Notes: generated from the sequence alone by a model not told the origin. Positions 11,609-25,500 are shown, counted from the first letter of the stretch. The stretch is DNA of 64,000 nucleotides from Cenococcum geophilum (GCA_050273025.1 CP158635.1:13020001-13084000), one strand, 5' to 3'. Numbers and translations: made by a program.

Positions 11609-14600
11609 TTGTGTTATATATAAGAACTATATAAGTTAGTAGAGGTATGTTTTTATTAGAGGTATATTATAAGGTATGTTATAAGTATAAAAGGCAACTA
11701 GTGGGGGTTGGTAATTAAATTAAAGTTATAACTAATAAGAGTAAGAGCTAATAAGTAACTGTTAAAGTAGGCTATAAGCCGAAAATAGGAAACTTGTTTT
11801 TAAATTAAGTTATTTTAATACCATTTTAGACTAGAAGTATGGTTGGCTAGGTATTAAGCGCCCGGTTAGTTTGGCGCCTTTTAGATAATTTTAAAAAACT
11901 AATTTCTGTAATTTAAATGCTAATAACTTAAACTTTAACTTTAGAGGAAGCTAGATATCTAAATTAAGTAGAATACTTGCTACTATGCTCTAATATAGTT
12001 TATAGGATAATTTCACTTCTAGCCGCCTGGTAGCTAAGGCTTTGCTAATACGCGTATAAAATATTATATAGTAAGTAACTTAGTAATTGCCTTGCCAGAA
12101 TAAATGAATTACTATAGTTTATCTATTTTTTACTTTGCTGGAATAGAAGGAAGAAGCTTTTTAAATATTAAGTAATTTGCCCGGCTAAATGGAGCGTAAA
12201 GTTACTACGAATTAATTAGATCTTTAAGATATATAGGAAATCCACTTATTAACCTCGGTATGCTTATGATCCCTCTAATAGAGATCGCAATACTTTTGCT
12301 TAAGGTATTAACCATAAATTACACGCGTTGTTTAAATGGGGGATAACCCTTTAGTACTTTTAATATATAAGCTATTAGATAACTATAAATAAGGAACCAA
12401 GATAATGTAGTAATAAGCTAAGAGTATAAGTATTAACGCCTACTAGGAGGGAGATTAAGTCGGTAAAATATATAACTAACGTACTTATAACGGCCGTTAA
12501 TATACTAAGGGAGATATTTAAGCTTAAAGTAGAACATTACAGCGTATATTAAGTCTATAATAATAGGAATTATAGAACTTAATTTTATATATTCCGTAGT
12601 TTAGCTTTTTAATTCTCCTACCATAGATAGGTTATTAAGTGGAGGTTTAAGTCCTTGGAGATAAAGATTAAGACGATAATATCTACTGTGGTACTATACT
12701 AGGATAGTATAAATAAACCTCTTTTAAGCTTCCTTACTGTCTAGACTCCGTATAAAGCTTTTAAAGAGTCTTAGGTAAAATTAATCTGTGACTAGAGATT
12801 AAGTGCTAGCAGCTATTAGTATAGAGGTTGTACCGGTCCCTAATAAGAGAGCAAAGTTAGGCTTGCCCTTTTTAGGCTATAGGAATAGACTTTCTAATCG
12901 GGCAATAATAATTGGATTATTATTTTAAAGGCCCCTATTCTAAAAAGTACTAAGGTTTTTTACTACTTTGGGTTTAAAGAACCTTTTTAATTTAGTATTA
13001 AATTATAGGATATATAACAGATTAGCTAACTAGGGTATAGCAGAAGTACAACATGCCCTAAAATATATTAGCTTAATTCTAAGCATCCCCTAAACTAAAT
13101 GTACGCTTTACTAATAGATATATTATGCTGTGAATAATTAGCCTAGATTAAACTGTACCCTATATAATTAGGACGCTACTGTATTGAATTAGGAAAGTAC
13201 TTTGCTTACCAATCTCCTTAGGTTGCTTACCCCTATTATAATTGCAAAACAAATAAGGCTGTAACTCCTTGGCAGTTGTCGTTGTTACTATAACTCTAGT
13301 ATTGTTTGTTAGTGGATTAAATATCTTTAGATAGGATCTAAAAGCGGCTTTAAAGCCTGATTCGATAGCGGTAAGGCTGTACTAGCTATCTTGGGCGTAG
13401 CTTAGCATTATCTCTTATAACCTAGTAAGTAAAGTAGATCTAAATTTTCGCTACTTAAAGGTCTTGCTTACTATATCCTTAAATCTCTATAATAACTTGG
13501 CTACGCTCTACCTTAAGAGACTTATCCCTATAGCGGTTATCCTACCTAAATACTAGATTAACTTAAGTTCTTATTAATAATATTTTATTTTTACGTATCC
13601 GTAGAAGTGCTATAGATAAGGTTAAAATGTTCTTGTAGTAAATATCTAAAGTTAGATAGTGCCTGCTTAATATATATTAGAAAGATAAAAGATATAACTC
13701 CCCTTATACCTCCGCCGTCTATGCTTAAAATATGGATACTAGCACTAGGTGGTATAAATTAAAAATTAGACGCTCTATAAGGTAAGGCACAGAGGATATA
13801 ATATAAAAGATAATAGCTGTATTTCGTTAAGGATAATTGTCTTCTATATGTTTTAATGTATATATTATAGAGTATATAACTGCAGTTTAATACCTTTTTA
13901 GGCATTTGCATTAGATAATAGAAGTAAAACTTATGGCTTCTAAACTCTACTACTTAGGGCTAAAGCCTTGCGATATTTTGCGTATAAATTTAGGATGCGG
14001 TTAATAAAGAGTTTAATTAAAGTATTTAGAATATAGACTGGAAATTATCTAGAACCGCTAATAAAAATTTTGTGTGGATACTCGTATTTATAGTATAGTC
14101 CTATATTATAGAGATATAAGCGTTTAAGAAATGCTTTAAGAAGATAAAAGTAGGAAGAAAGTCTATAATTAGTATTAGTTAGTTAGCTGGATTTAGGGTA
14201 GGGGTTATATAATAAGAACCTGGGGGATAGCTTAATAGGATTAACGCTAATGCTACTAATGGGGCGATAAAGTGCTATAGCTATGCCTAAGACGGTATAT
14301 GCTTAATAAAATCTCTAAGGCACGCCAAGAACCCCTCGTTTAAGAAGCTATAAGGTTATACTGCTTAGACGAATAAGAATAGGGCGGTAATAGTGGAGTA
14401 GAAGTGCTTTAAAGCCAAGCTTAATAAAGCCTTAAAATGCTTAAAACGGAATTTAACTTAAGTGGATTGGCGTAAGACGCGTGCTTCTTTTAATATAAAA
14501 AGAATTCGCTTTTAAAACGCGTATAAACATTTTACTAAGCTTATAGACGAATTTAGTTTAAGAATACGGATACTATAAAAATGAGCCTTTAGATCTATAT

Positions 14601-14905
14601 TTACGTCTTTAGCTTTACTATATTGCTTAAAGTTCTATATTATTTTAGTTATTAAAGCTAAAGACTTTAATTCAGCAATATTTTTATTAAAGGTTAGTAA
14701 GGATATATTAAATACTAGTAGAATATAGGGGAGTATAGGGAGATTGGAATTTGGAGATTTAATAGCTTGCTAAGCTATAAGCTTAGATACCTCCCTTAGT
14801 CCGCCTAGATCTATAATAAAATAGTAAACTATATTGGAGAAAGGTAAGAGTACTTAATTATATAATAACGAGCTAAGTATTTTATAACGTTTTAAAGGCT
14901 ACTAC

Positions 14906-15141
14906 TGTGGGAGGGTACGACCACTCTCAGATGGGAAAGTCACAGTGCCGTCTGTCTGTCGGTCGGTCGGTCAGTCGGTCGGTCGTCAGTTATAATCAAT
15001 CAGTAGGAAAGCAGTCAGTAAGAAGAAAGGAAAGAATGTATTCCCGGTAGGTCGTGATAGAGAGAAGGAGAGAAGCCAAAGGCTCGATATATACAGGAAA
15101 ATGCCAAGGCACTAAGTAGTGGCCTATTTTACCCCACTACA
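14906..15141 (-). repeat. 3' LTR (236 bp)
   Basis: TGTGGGAGGG...CCCCACTACA, direct repeat of 20922-21157, adjacent to the PPT. Confidence 0.93.
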
Positions 15142-15299
15142 TACCTCCCCCACCAAGAACGTTGTCCCCTAACGTTTTATACTATAGAAGAATAGCAAAA
15201 GCAAAATAGAAAAAGGAAAGCATATCCCTAAAAGAACACAGGTAACCTTATCCTTAGCCTTCCTATAGAACCATCCTATAGTGTCCTTCCTACTAGCGG

Positions 15300-16850
15300 T
15301 AACCAAAATAGCCGTAAACCAGAAATGATAATAGCAGTAGCAGCAGTAATAGTAATGGTAGTAGTAATGGTAAAAGGCAGATAGTTAACGTAGTAAGATA
15401 AAGCAAAACGGTCAGTAATAGAACAGTTAGTAGAAGAACTTGGTTTGTATAATAAGCAGTAGGACATCTAGCAGCAGAACTTTTAGTAGCAGAAATCTCG
15501 GTAGTAGGACGGCCAGTAGCAGTCAGTCAGTAGCAGTCGGTTAGCGGCAGTTGGTTAGAACAGTAGCGGTAAAACAGTCGTATTGGTGGAACAAAACGGT
15601 GAAACAGCAGCAGTAGAATAGCTAGTTAGAATAATAGTAGCAGTAGCAGTAGCAGTAGAACAGTCGGTTGGCGGCGGTTAGTTAGAGTAGCGGTTAGTAG
15701 AAACTAGAACGGAATAAGTCAGTTGGAATAATTGGGCGTTATAGCAGATCCAGCAGATCTAGTAGTAAAATAGATCTAGCAACGGTACAGATCTAGAATA
15801 GTAAAGACAGAGCAACTGGTTAAGACAGTAGGGACAGAACAGTCGGACGGAATAGCAGCAGCGGCGGCGGTAGTAGGGTAGTCGATTAAGACGGCAGAGG
15901 CTATAACCCGACTCGATTATTTGGCTGCCGTTTAATATCAAAACTCTACATCTAGCTCTGTATCGGTCTGCATCTAGCTGTATATCTGGCTGTGTATTAA
16001 TAGCTCTGTATTGTATACCCTGCGCCCGTGTCTGCGTCCGCGTGTATGCATATATGGCTGCCTTGACTGCTAGCCGAAGACTGTCTAATTAGTCGGCGAT
16101 GATATGCTGCAACTAATCGTTCGGTCGTTTAATTAAGGTAAAAAGTTAGCCTGGTTAAAGGCTCTAACTGTCCTAACTTGCATGCGGAGACGGCGTTTAA
16201 ACTAATTAAGATTTAATAAGGCCCTGGCTTAACTTAAGGTATCCTCTGCTGCATATAAGGCTCTGCATCCGTAGGCAGCCGATTAAAGCTTCTATGTAGA
16301 CGTCCAGTTGGTCAAGGCTCCGCATCTACTGTTTAATTAAGGCTTCGCATATATAGGCGTCTAGTTAAGCTGCCGTACTATTGTCCAATCAAGGCTCTAT
16401 ACCTATATGCTTACTATCCGTAAACTCTGCGTACGACTCCATATAAGACTCCGTGTAAAGCTCCGTATCTATATCTATAGAAAAGATTGTTCTAGGTAAC
16501 TAATCCGCGGGCGTTAAGACGGGCGGCAATTAATCTATAAGGGGAGGGGCAGTTAAGGGAAGAGGCTCTCACAAAGGCTCTAAAACATTAATTAACCGTG
16601 TTTTTAATGTTCTTCCGGCCATATACTGGTTTCCTAATTAATCTAACTTAACTACGGAGACGGCGTCTAATTAATTAAGATTTAACTAAGGCTCTGGCTT
16701 GACTTAAGGCATCCTCTGCTATATAATTAATTAAGGCTTCGCATCCGTAGGTTCTGCATTTATAGATAATTAATTAAGACTCTGGCTGTGTAGTCGTTCT
16801 GTTAACGCTTTTATATCCATACAGTCGATTAAGGCTCCGCATCGTATAAT
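15300..16850. repeat. Low-complexity and internally duplicated 3' region of the LTR element
   Basis: CAG/TAG/CGG-rich runs at 15300-15900. A ~70-bp block CGGAGACGGCGT...GGCATCCTCTGCT occurs at about 16185-16256 and 16655-16725. Many AAGGCTC(T/C)GCATC-type units. Confidence 0.7.
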
Positions 16851-18099
16851 TAGGGCTCTTAGTGTCCACTAGACGTCTAATCTAGAGGCCTGTCTTAAGA
16901 CTTCCTTCTTTACGAGCACTAACGGTAGCTTTCTCTAAACCACTATAATAGGCCTAGTGCTTTTCTAGGACGTCCTTAATAGCTACTTCCTTCTCTTTCT
17001 GGGCCGTCTTTGCACTTAGCTTCCTTAGTGCATCCTTAGGCTTTTACAGCTGCTTCTTTATTCCTACTACTAGCAGTATACTCACGTATCCTTAATCTTC
17101 TTCCGGCTTAAGAACCCTCTTAGGATTGTCTTCTACTTTTAGTCTCTTTGTCGCTGTCCTGCTGACTCCATACTTTATCTAAGTCGTCCTTCAAAACCAT
17201 TCGGTGGCAGCTTCTTAGCTATTATAACTACCTCCGTCGCATATCCCTTAGCCTTATATCCACAATGCAGCCCTTTATTAGATAACCTCTAAGGAAAAGC
17301 GCTAGTTCCTATACGTCTAATTCCTATTCCCCTTGTAATCCCTAATAAGGTCCTTTACTAGCTTAGCCAGACACGGCTTAGTCCTGTCTTTAGTCGCATA
17401 AAAATAGCTTAGGCACGCGGTGCTTTGTCACTAATATTGTGCTGCTGCCTTTATATAAGTCCCTTCCTTATCGCGGTGTCCGTTCTCGTCTTATAGCTAG
17501 CGCAGTACTGAATTCAGATAGAGGTTGCGAAGCTGCGATTAGCTGTTATTTAAATAAGGAACAAAGTCGGCCCGGTTAAAGGCTCTAATTTAACAATATT
17601 TAACTAATTTAATTTAGGGACGAGACGTGCTAATATCGAGGCTCTGGCTTGGTTCTTTAGCTAGCCGTAGGTCTGCATCTATATACGGCTGATTGTAGCT
17701 TTTATGCAGTTATTCGATTAATGCTTTACATATAGCTCTGCGTCTAGCTCTACATCATATAACCGGCTCTGTATCTATGCAATTAATTAAGGCTCTTGGT
17801 GCCGTTCTTATTATACAGCTAGTGTATTACCAAATTCCAGGGGCGGTGTAGAGTTTTGCCGGCTTTACTGCTAAATAGACCAATTAGGATTTTCCGTGCC
17901 CGGCATGGAAAATTGCTATTAGCTCAGTAACAGGCGGTGAGCTAAACTAACATCTCTGCAGTAGGTTGTCTCGATTAACGCGTTAACGTATCACAATTAG
18001 GAAAGTAAATAAGAAAGGAGCTTTAGGAAATACTGTAATTAAGCAGACAAATAGAAATCTTTTATACGTCACCTACGTCCCCTCCCCCACCTTAGAACT

Positions 18100-20750
18100 T
18101 GACTGTCCCCTAGTCGAACATCCTACCCCTCAGCGGAGCCTGTTGCGAAGCCTACTGCGACGCCTGCTGCGGAGCCTGCTGCGAAGCCTGCTGGTCAAGC
18201 GTCTATCTCCAATAACCGTCTCCAAGGGTCGGACGATTCTAATAGTCCTCCCTAGCTTCAGCTGTCTTCTTTATAGGCTGTGACCTAATCTGTATATAAT
18301 CTCCTAGTTGTACATTGTTCTCCTACGGCTCAGTAGCTGTCCTACTGTCTCTAAAGATTATGCGATTTTGATAGTAGTCCCCCCAGTTTATACTTTTCTC
18401 GTTACTAATCTTTAGCGCTGTTCCGTTATAGAAGGCCCGCTACTACGTTTATTCTTTCCTTGGTCTGTCTAGGTCTGTCCCTTAGTATATATAGAGCCAG
18501 TCCTTAATACCCTTTAGTCGTCCTTTATTGCCGAGCCATGGAAGTATAGGTTTAGGCCGCTTACATGTCTTAGCTACTAGTTTTCCTTAATTAGACAGAT
18601 ATACAAGTCCTTACTAAATAAGATCCCTAAGCCCTTAGCATTCGTACTCGGTGAAACGGTAACTCCCTCTATATCTAAAATAGGTCCGTCGGCCTTGTCC
18701 TCACGTGCCTTACTAACCCCATATATCCTGCTGCGGTTATCTAAAGGCAGTAGAATCTTGCGGATATCGGGAGTCCTGCGGATATTAATAATCCTATAGA
18801 GGTTAAGAGTCTTACGGGATAAAGGGAGCTCGGGTACTGTTCTGCCAGTCTTTATATCCTAGTGCTGGGCTATATCCTTATACTAGGTCTTAAACTATAG
18901 CTTAATCTAATAGCGTTGTAAACCTGTCTAGGTCCTTTTAGATTTGGTTAAGAAACGGCATTGACTATATAGCTGCCGCAAGCTCCGTCTTACTTAATTT
19001 TTAACTTAACTGGCTTGCCATTTCGTCCATCTCCTAGTCTACGGTGGGTGGTAACTACTACTGCGTTAGGGCTCCTCCGTGTATACCTGGTCTTACTAGG
19101 TCCAGAAGTCTTCCTTCTCTCCTACGGTTAAGCTCCTTAAGTTCTAGGTCCGTTTCCTGGCTGGCTTGACGGGCGTCGGCTGTCTTATTTAGCTAAAAGA
19201 TCGTAGGTGGTCGAAGGGTAGTATCTTTACTTATAACTGTCTGCTAATTATAGAACTGCTTAACTAGCTAACAAAGGCCCTAATCCTTGGGGTCTATTTT
19301 TAATAGACGATCTGCGCCCTTATATAAACTAAGTCTGTCCTTTATAGCTTTTTACAGCTAATAGAAGTTAAAGGACGTTCGTCTATCTAGGTTAGCTCCC
19401 GTTTTAGCTATAGTGTATCTTTAATATTTAAGCGGAAGTCCTTTTATAAACTAGTATCCTCGCTAACTATTATCCAAATTACTAGCTTTAGTAGCCTTTT
19501 AAGAGATTAATACGAACTATCTATAGTACTTACGTATACTATTTGGCGGATTGTCCCTATACTGCTATATATAGGCTTCTAAGAATTCTACCGTTTCTAT
19601 TTGTTGAAATTGGTTACTTCCTTAGTATTCTACCCTAAGCTTTCTTATAAGCTCCGTCTAGTTACTAGCTGTGAATTTAGGCAAGCTTCGGATCTATATC
19701 CCTATCTAGTAATCGTAGTACTCCAGAAGGCCCTAGTGCTTTTCTTTACTTATTACATGGTATTAGACGCATAGCCGTTCGTACTGCTCGATAAACTATA
19801 ACATATCCTGCCCTGTAAAGTACGGAGTTCTAACGGTTCCTAGGGCTAGCATAGGCTAGACCATAACGTAGACCTTGTCTTAAGCCGTCGACCGCTATCT
19901 ACGTGCATCTAAAGCTTCCTTAGGAGCTTATAGGTGGTCCTTATGGCTCTTATCCTTTGTCTGCTAAGGGCTATCGGTCCTAGGTGTCACGGGTGAGCGC
20001 TACAATAGGTCTACTTGCATGGCCGTGGTCTTAATAGAGGGTGTCCCAGATGGCTGTCCTGGTGTTGGTTTATACTCAGTAAAAGAAGTATAGGCTTCGG
20101 TTCCTTCTGGCTGCTTCTTAACGCCTAGAGGTCGGTCTTCATAGGAGAGCACAGAATCGCCATCTTCTACTACTGCCGGGTCTCGATACGTCCGTCTGTT
20201 TTGGCCTGCCGTTACTCCGCGCGGTAGGGTGCTGCTAAGCCTTACGCTTTCGCCTATATCTACTTCTTTATAGAACGCCTCTAGAGCTGCCGTAGATACA
20301 ATCCGGATGACTTAAAAGAAGATAAAGCTAAGCTAGAATAGGAAGCTTTCGAGGGCAGATCTAATCTCGTGTACTTGCGACCTTGCTTGGTATTGTCTCT
20401 GTTCTTAAAGGGCAGTACTAACTTCCTCTGCCGCCAGATGTCTTAGATCTCGTTTCCATCTAATTGACTAGCTCTTAGCTACCTGTTATCTCTGCATCTT
20501 CAACAAAGCTCTAGCCATGCTCGTGCGCGCGCGGGTGGTAAGATATCGGGTAACTCCGACTGCCAGTCAACGTCGTCTAATTAGCCCGTTGGTTCGCTTG
20601 ACGTCCTTATACATAACTTTCTAAGACCTTTGCCACTCCTTTTTGCTACTATTTAGCCTGTGCGTTAAGTCTAATATCTGTCTTTTCCGCTGTCTTTCTG
20701 TTTAGGGACTACCTGGTTCCCCTTGCTGTCCAATACTGCCTAGTTCTCTG
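18100..20750 (-). pseudogene. gag: gag-like ORF of the LTR element
   Basis: Reverted translation PMPAPGTVGTPYFTGQDVSQFIEQYERLC...LPEYCD...WIRSLPEF...DWTELVRKLRVEY (about 19620-19855) and a zinc-knuckle-like CFGCGGSHRFTEHECQGL.DLIQQGLVH (about 18600-18690), as in fungal gypsy Gag. No protease, RT, RNase H or integrase motif seen downstream. Confidence 0.75.
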
Positions 20751-20896
20751 CTTTCGTCTCGTCTATCTAGCTGGCAGTTCTTCTACAGCTAGTCGTTCTT
20801 CTACAGCTGGCGGTTTTTCTATAGTCGTGGTATGTTCCTATGCGTATATAGTTGTGTATAGAATGCCAGACTTCTAATCTGAAGAGCTTGCCGTCA

Positions 20897-20914
20897 TCCC
20901 TACGTGGAATGCCA
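20897..20914 (-). promoter_or_regulatory. Putative tRNA primer-binding site
   Basis: Minus strand reads TGGCATTCCACGTAGGGA 7 nt inside the 5' LTR. TGG is complementary to tRNA 3'-CCA. The tRNA was not identified. Confidence 0.55.
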
Positions 20915-20921
20915 TAAAATA

Positions 20922-21157
20922 TATGGGAGGGTACGACCACTCTTAGATGGGAAAGTCACAGTGCCGTCTATCTGTCGGTCGGTCGGTCGGTTAGTCGGTC
21001 GTCAGTCGTAATCAATCAGTAGGAAAGCAGTCAGTAAGAAGAAAGAAAAGAATGTATTCCCGGTAGGTCGTAATAGAGAGAAGGAGAGAAGCCAAAGGCT
21101 CGATATATACAGGAAAATGCCAAGGCACTAAGTAGTGGCCCATTTTACCCCACCACA
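20922..21157 (-). repeat. 5' LTR (236 bp)
   Basis: TATGGGAGGG...CCCCACCACA, direct repeat of 14906-15141. Confidence 0.93.
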
Positions 21158-21783
21158 CTACTAAGAGATTTTTCTTATTACCATTTCCCTACTGTTATAG
21201 GAAAGAAGCAACTATAATAAAGAATAGTTTTAAAGTTCGTAATTAATAAAAAGGATTAATAAGGTATCTTTGTAGGTTTTAGGGTCTTTCTAAAGGTAGA
21301 TTTAATTATGCGTATTGGCTAGAAAATTTCTATTTATAGTATCTCCTAGTAGGTATTATAGAACTGTAGACTTTGTTTTTTTACTAACTAGCGTAATAAA
21401 TAATAGGCTCTAATGCTGGCTCTCTTCTAGTATTAAGGACTTAAAAGCTTATTAGTACTTAGTAATAGCACCTTTACTTTTAAAATCGACAGTTATTTAA
21501 GGAATTTTTGCCATTAATAAAAGCGAATAAGGCGGAGGAGTAGAGCTTAGGGAATTCTTTAAACATTTGTTTATATATATATATTTAAATATTTACAGTT
21601 TCCTAAAAATTTAATTTTGCTTTATACCGCCTAATACAGCTTTATAGTCTATAAGATGGTATAATTAGAATACTAAATTAAATTTTTTGTTTTAATATTT
21701 GGTTCTGACTAATATTTTTTATAAAAGAGCTTTAAGTCTCCTATATTAGTATTAAGCTCTTAGTATAAGTAATAGCTCTTCTT

Positions 21784-24700
21784 ATAACTATAGATAACTT
21801 TAAGCTGTCTATACTTAAGGCGCGGAACTACTTAGGTATAGCGAAAATAAAACTTAGGGCACTTAATTTTGACTATCCTCTTATGCGTAAAAAACATCAG
21901 TTACTATCTAAAAAGAACGTCCGCCGCCTTAGAAATATATTTAAAAGAGTAGGTTATAAAAGGCTAGAAATTTTTTTTTATTAATGCTGTTATAGACGAT
22001 GCGGCCCTTATCTTGTTACTAGCCTTTTTAGGTCTTAATAAATAACGTTTTTATCAACTTTAGGAGGGTAACTTAATACCGTTTGTTAGCCTAAGGAGTA
22101 TAGACTGCCTTAGAGGCTTATATCGTATTAAAGCTGCTAAAGAATTTTTAGACAATAATAACTAGTAGTAGATAGTAAGGCTCTTCTCTAAAGGTAAGCG
22201 CGTTTACTTAAGTGTTTTGCTATTCTAGCTAAGAATCTATTATAGATCTCCTATAAACAGCCCTTATAAGGATAATTAAAGAATACTTAAATAAACAGAA
22301 ACCGTTAGATGGGGAAGTGTTTCGTAAAATATAATACTATTATCTTAAGAATAACACGAAATTAGAGAATAGATAGTAGGCTCTATTAGATAGGTCCAAG
22401 CCAAATAATCTAAAACAACTTCTTAAGAATTCCTACTTTGCGATAGCATTTAATGCCCTAGTAGAAATGCAAGGCCTATAGGAACTAATTTAGATTACAG
22501 CGCTATATAGATTCTTAATACTTAAGTATAATAAGGTATATTATTCTCTACTTGCTTATAGAGAGTGCTAGCTAAATAAACTAGGAACTGCTTTATGGAC
22601 TTAACTATATCTCTAAAATTTGGAAGAAGATTATTAGCTATAGTGATATAGATTTACCCCTATTAGTAGTAGATATAAACACCGTTTAAAATCTAGAACT
22701 ACTTATACTAGCTATTTTAAAAGCTAATATAGATTGTATTACCGCGCTAATAAAGTCTAGGAAGATTTTCTTAGCTATTTTAGACCAGTTAATAAGAGAC
22801 CTTATTTTATAGAACATTTCTTTAGTAGATTATTTAATTCCTTTATTAAGAACCTTTTTTAAGAACCTTAAATACCTAGAACCTTGTTGTATTATACTAA
22901 AGTATTTAATTAGCAATAAAATAAAACAAATAATTTGTTAGAGCCTTAAAGCTTGCTATTATTATCCTAAAAACTTAATTATACCGTTCTTAGAGATAAG
23001 CTAGTGGTGCTGCTTAAAGCGTGGATTTATAGAAGACTGATAGCTTCGCTATACACTATTATAGGCGTTTTATCTTCGTAATTTCCTATATATAACTTAA
23101 TATACTCCCTAAAAAGAAATTAGAAAAGAAAAGCCTACTGTTAGGGAGCTAAGTCCAGCTCTATATTAAAACCTTAGCTATTTATCTATTACTTAAGGCT
23201 TTTGGACTTCTATAGCTCTTATACTTAAGTTATAAGATTTTAAAAGAGAACTTACTGTCTAACTATTATAAAAAGCTAATTCTTGATTAAAGTCTATAAA
23301 TAAGTAAAAAGTTACGGCTATTACCTTAGTTCTTAAGTAGTTAGAAAATTAAAATAACTATATTTAATTACTACACTTTACTAGTTTTAAACCCCTCCCC
23401 ACTAATAGAAGGTATAGAAGGCCCTTTAATAATAATTATAAGATGGATAACGATTGCCTTTTTATCCTATATATTTATAGGAGTAAGGTTTATCCTAGTG
23501 CCAACATTATACCCTTTTTTATAAAACGTAACTTTATTATAACCTTATTTGGATTTAAGTCATTTAAGGTATACCTAAACCCCTTTTTTATATATGAACT
23601 TAACTAATTAAGAGAAGGATGTATATTTTACCTTAAAAACTCAGTTGCTATTAATCTAAAATACTATACTAATATAGAGTCCTACTAATGCGTATAACTG
23701 TACCTATTATTACTTAGTTAAAGAACTATAAATTAAAATAAACTAATTAAATTCATAAATTAAAGAGTTAGAAGATAGTGAAATAAGTTTAAAAACTACT
23801 AGGAAGTTAATAGCTTCCACTTTTATAATAATAGAGAATTAATTAGTAAAGGCAAAATCTTAAATTAGGGATTTTAAGAAAGAGCACTCTCTAGTTAGTA
23901 ATAAGCTAGAAAAAATAACAGCTTAAAGTATATTATTTAAGATTTCTAAAAAGAGGCTGGAATCCCAGTTTATATAATAGCAGTTAATACTTAATACGGC
24001 CGTAGCTAAGAATAAATATCTTTAAAGCGTAATAGTAGAAAATAAATATTAATAGGACTCTATAAAAGGCAATAGGAAGGATACCTAAATTAAGCAATTA
24101 TAATATAATCTGGAGGCCTAGATAGCTATAGTCTTAGAGCTAAATAACGGCCTAAAAAAATTAAAGGATATTTAAGAAGAAATGCGGAATAAGTTATAAA
24201 TAAAAGAAAGAGATTATAAAGCGCTCTAATAAAAGATAGAGAAGGCAAGAATTAAAATAAAAGAAAAAAGTATAGAGTTAATAGAAGTATCTAATGCTTT
24301 AAAGAATAAAACTACTACTCTAACCTAATATCTAAAGGTAATATAGATAGAGACGAAATAAGTTATAGAAGAAAATAATAACTTATATTATGTACTACAA
24401 TTAGCTAGGCCTAAGAAGGAAAAAGTAGTTTAAGAGGTGGTATTATAGGCCCAATCTAAGCATCTAAAAGCTCTTAAGTTATTAAAGTAAGTGCGCTAAC
24501 GGTAAGAAGAGAAAAGACTATATTAAGCATTAGAGTTAACTAAGTCTTAAAAGAAAAAAGCAGTTTAAGAGGCGGTGGATTAGCTAATAACATAAGCCTA
24601 ATTTAAGCATCTTTAGGTCCTTAAATTGTTAGAAAAAGAGCATAAGCGTTAATAAGAGTAGTTAAAATAGATAGTAGAGACTAAGTATAAACGCTAATAA

Positions 24701-25500
24701 CGTAAATTATAAAACTAGGCCGATTAAAGTATAGCGGTGTATTAAGGCTAAGTAGAATATATATTTTTCGCGGCGAAGATAAAGATTGTGGGCCTTAAAT
24801 ATAATATATAACTTAATAATAACCTTATTAACTAAGGTTTTTAAAAATTAAAAGAGCTTAAGAAGTATAAAAAGCAGCTAGATTTAGGCTTTATTACTAA
24901 AGCAGATATATCTAATAACCTTTAGATTATTGTAATTTAATTAGATAAGAATGGTGGCTTTTAAAGAGTAGAGTTCGCGTATAAGCCAACTCAGGCGCTT
25001 AAGGGCTTTAGATCCTTTCTAACTAAGTAAGTAGTATAATATAAAAAGATATCCTAAAGAATAATAAAGTTTCTAGCTCCTAACCTCACCGTTATAACGT
25101 CTTATAACCCTAAATATTTTTTAAAGGCATTACTATATAGGCACTAAAGAAGATATTAATGCTTTTGCAAACTAATATAGGAGTATATTTACTATAAATA
25201 GCAATATTAGGCTTCTTAGGAGATCTAGGTTAGGGAGAAAACGATTATATAATAGATTTAAGGACGTATTACTCTTAAAGAGGCAACTCCGTTTTAATAG
25301 GAGGTCTATATAGTAGGAGATACCCTTACTTTGGTATATGCCTATAACTATTTTAATAGAAATAGAGCGTTTTCCTAAAATATTACTTTAGCTAGTACCT
25401 TCTATAGAAATAGAGCGCCTCCCTAAAATGTCACTTTAGCTAGCGCTATACGCGCCATTTAAGGTTTAATTAGGGGAAGAGGTTTATTATTTATATAATC
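21784..25500 (+). pseudogene. DUF3723-type gene with long coiled-coil C-terminus (Starship auxiliary gene), RIP-inactivated
   Basis: Reverted translation YLGIAKIKL.ALDF...KNVRRL.NIFE.VGC.RL..FINAVID; CLRGLHRIKAAKEFLD..DQWWIVRLF; GTAAG intron at about 22193; EEYSNEQKPSDGEVFRKI..YH......ENRWWA.L; AFDALVEMQGLW. K/E-rich heptad region at about 23700-24750. Confidence 0.82.

Larger units (their letters stand above)
14906..21157 (-). mobile_element. Non-autonomous gag-only Ty3/gypsy-like LTR retroelement
   Basis: Two 236-bp LTRs (14906-15141, 20922-21157) differing only by about a dozen transitions. TG...CA ends, with the right LTR start mutated to TA. 4-bp TSD CTAC (14902-14905, 21158-21161). Minus-strand PPT at about 15142-15155 and PBS-like sequence at about 20897-20914. 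Confidence 0.92.
11775..21514 (-). pseudogene. Patatin-like phospholipase (Starship PLP type), RIP-inactivated and split by an LTR element
   Basis: ATG at 21514 (MAKIP.I). The frame resumes across the LTR insertion (VLSPFSNIVCYF..DLGGL). Glycine-rich ILSIDGGG(I/V)RG at about 13700-13735. Nucleophile elbow HFDLICGTSAG (reverted) at about 13600-13635. ARCTSA.P, then FFKPK....GTFQDGGL..NNP and DFALSLGTG at about 12830-12980. Confidence 0.88.
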
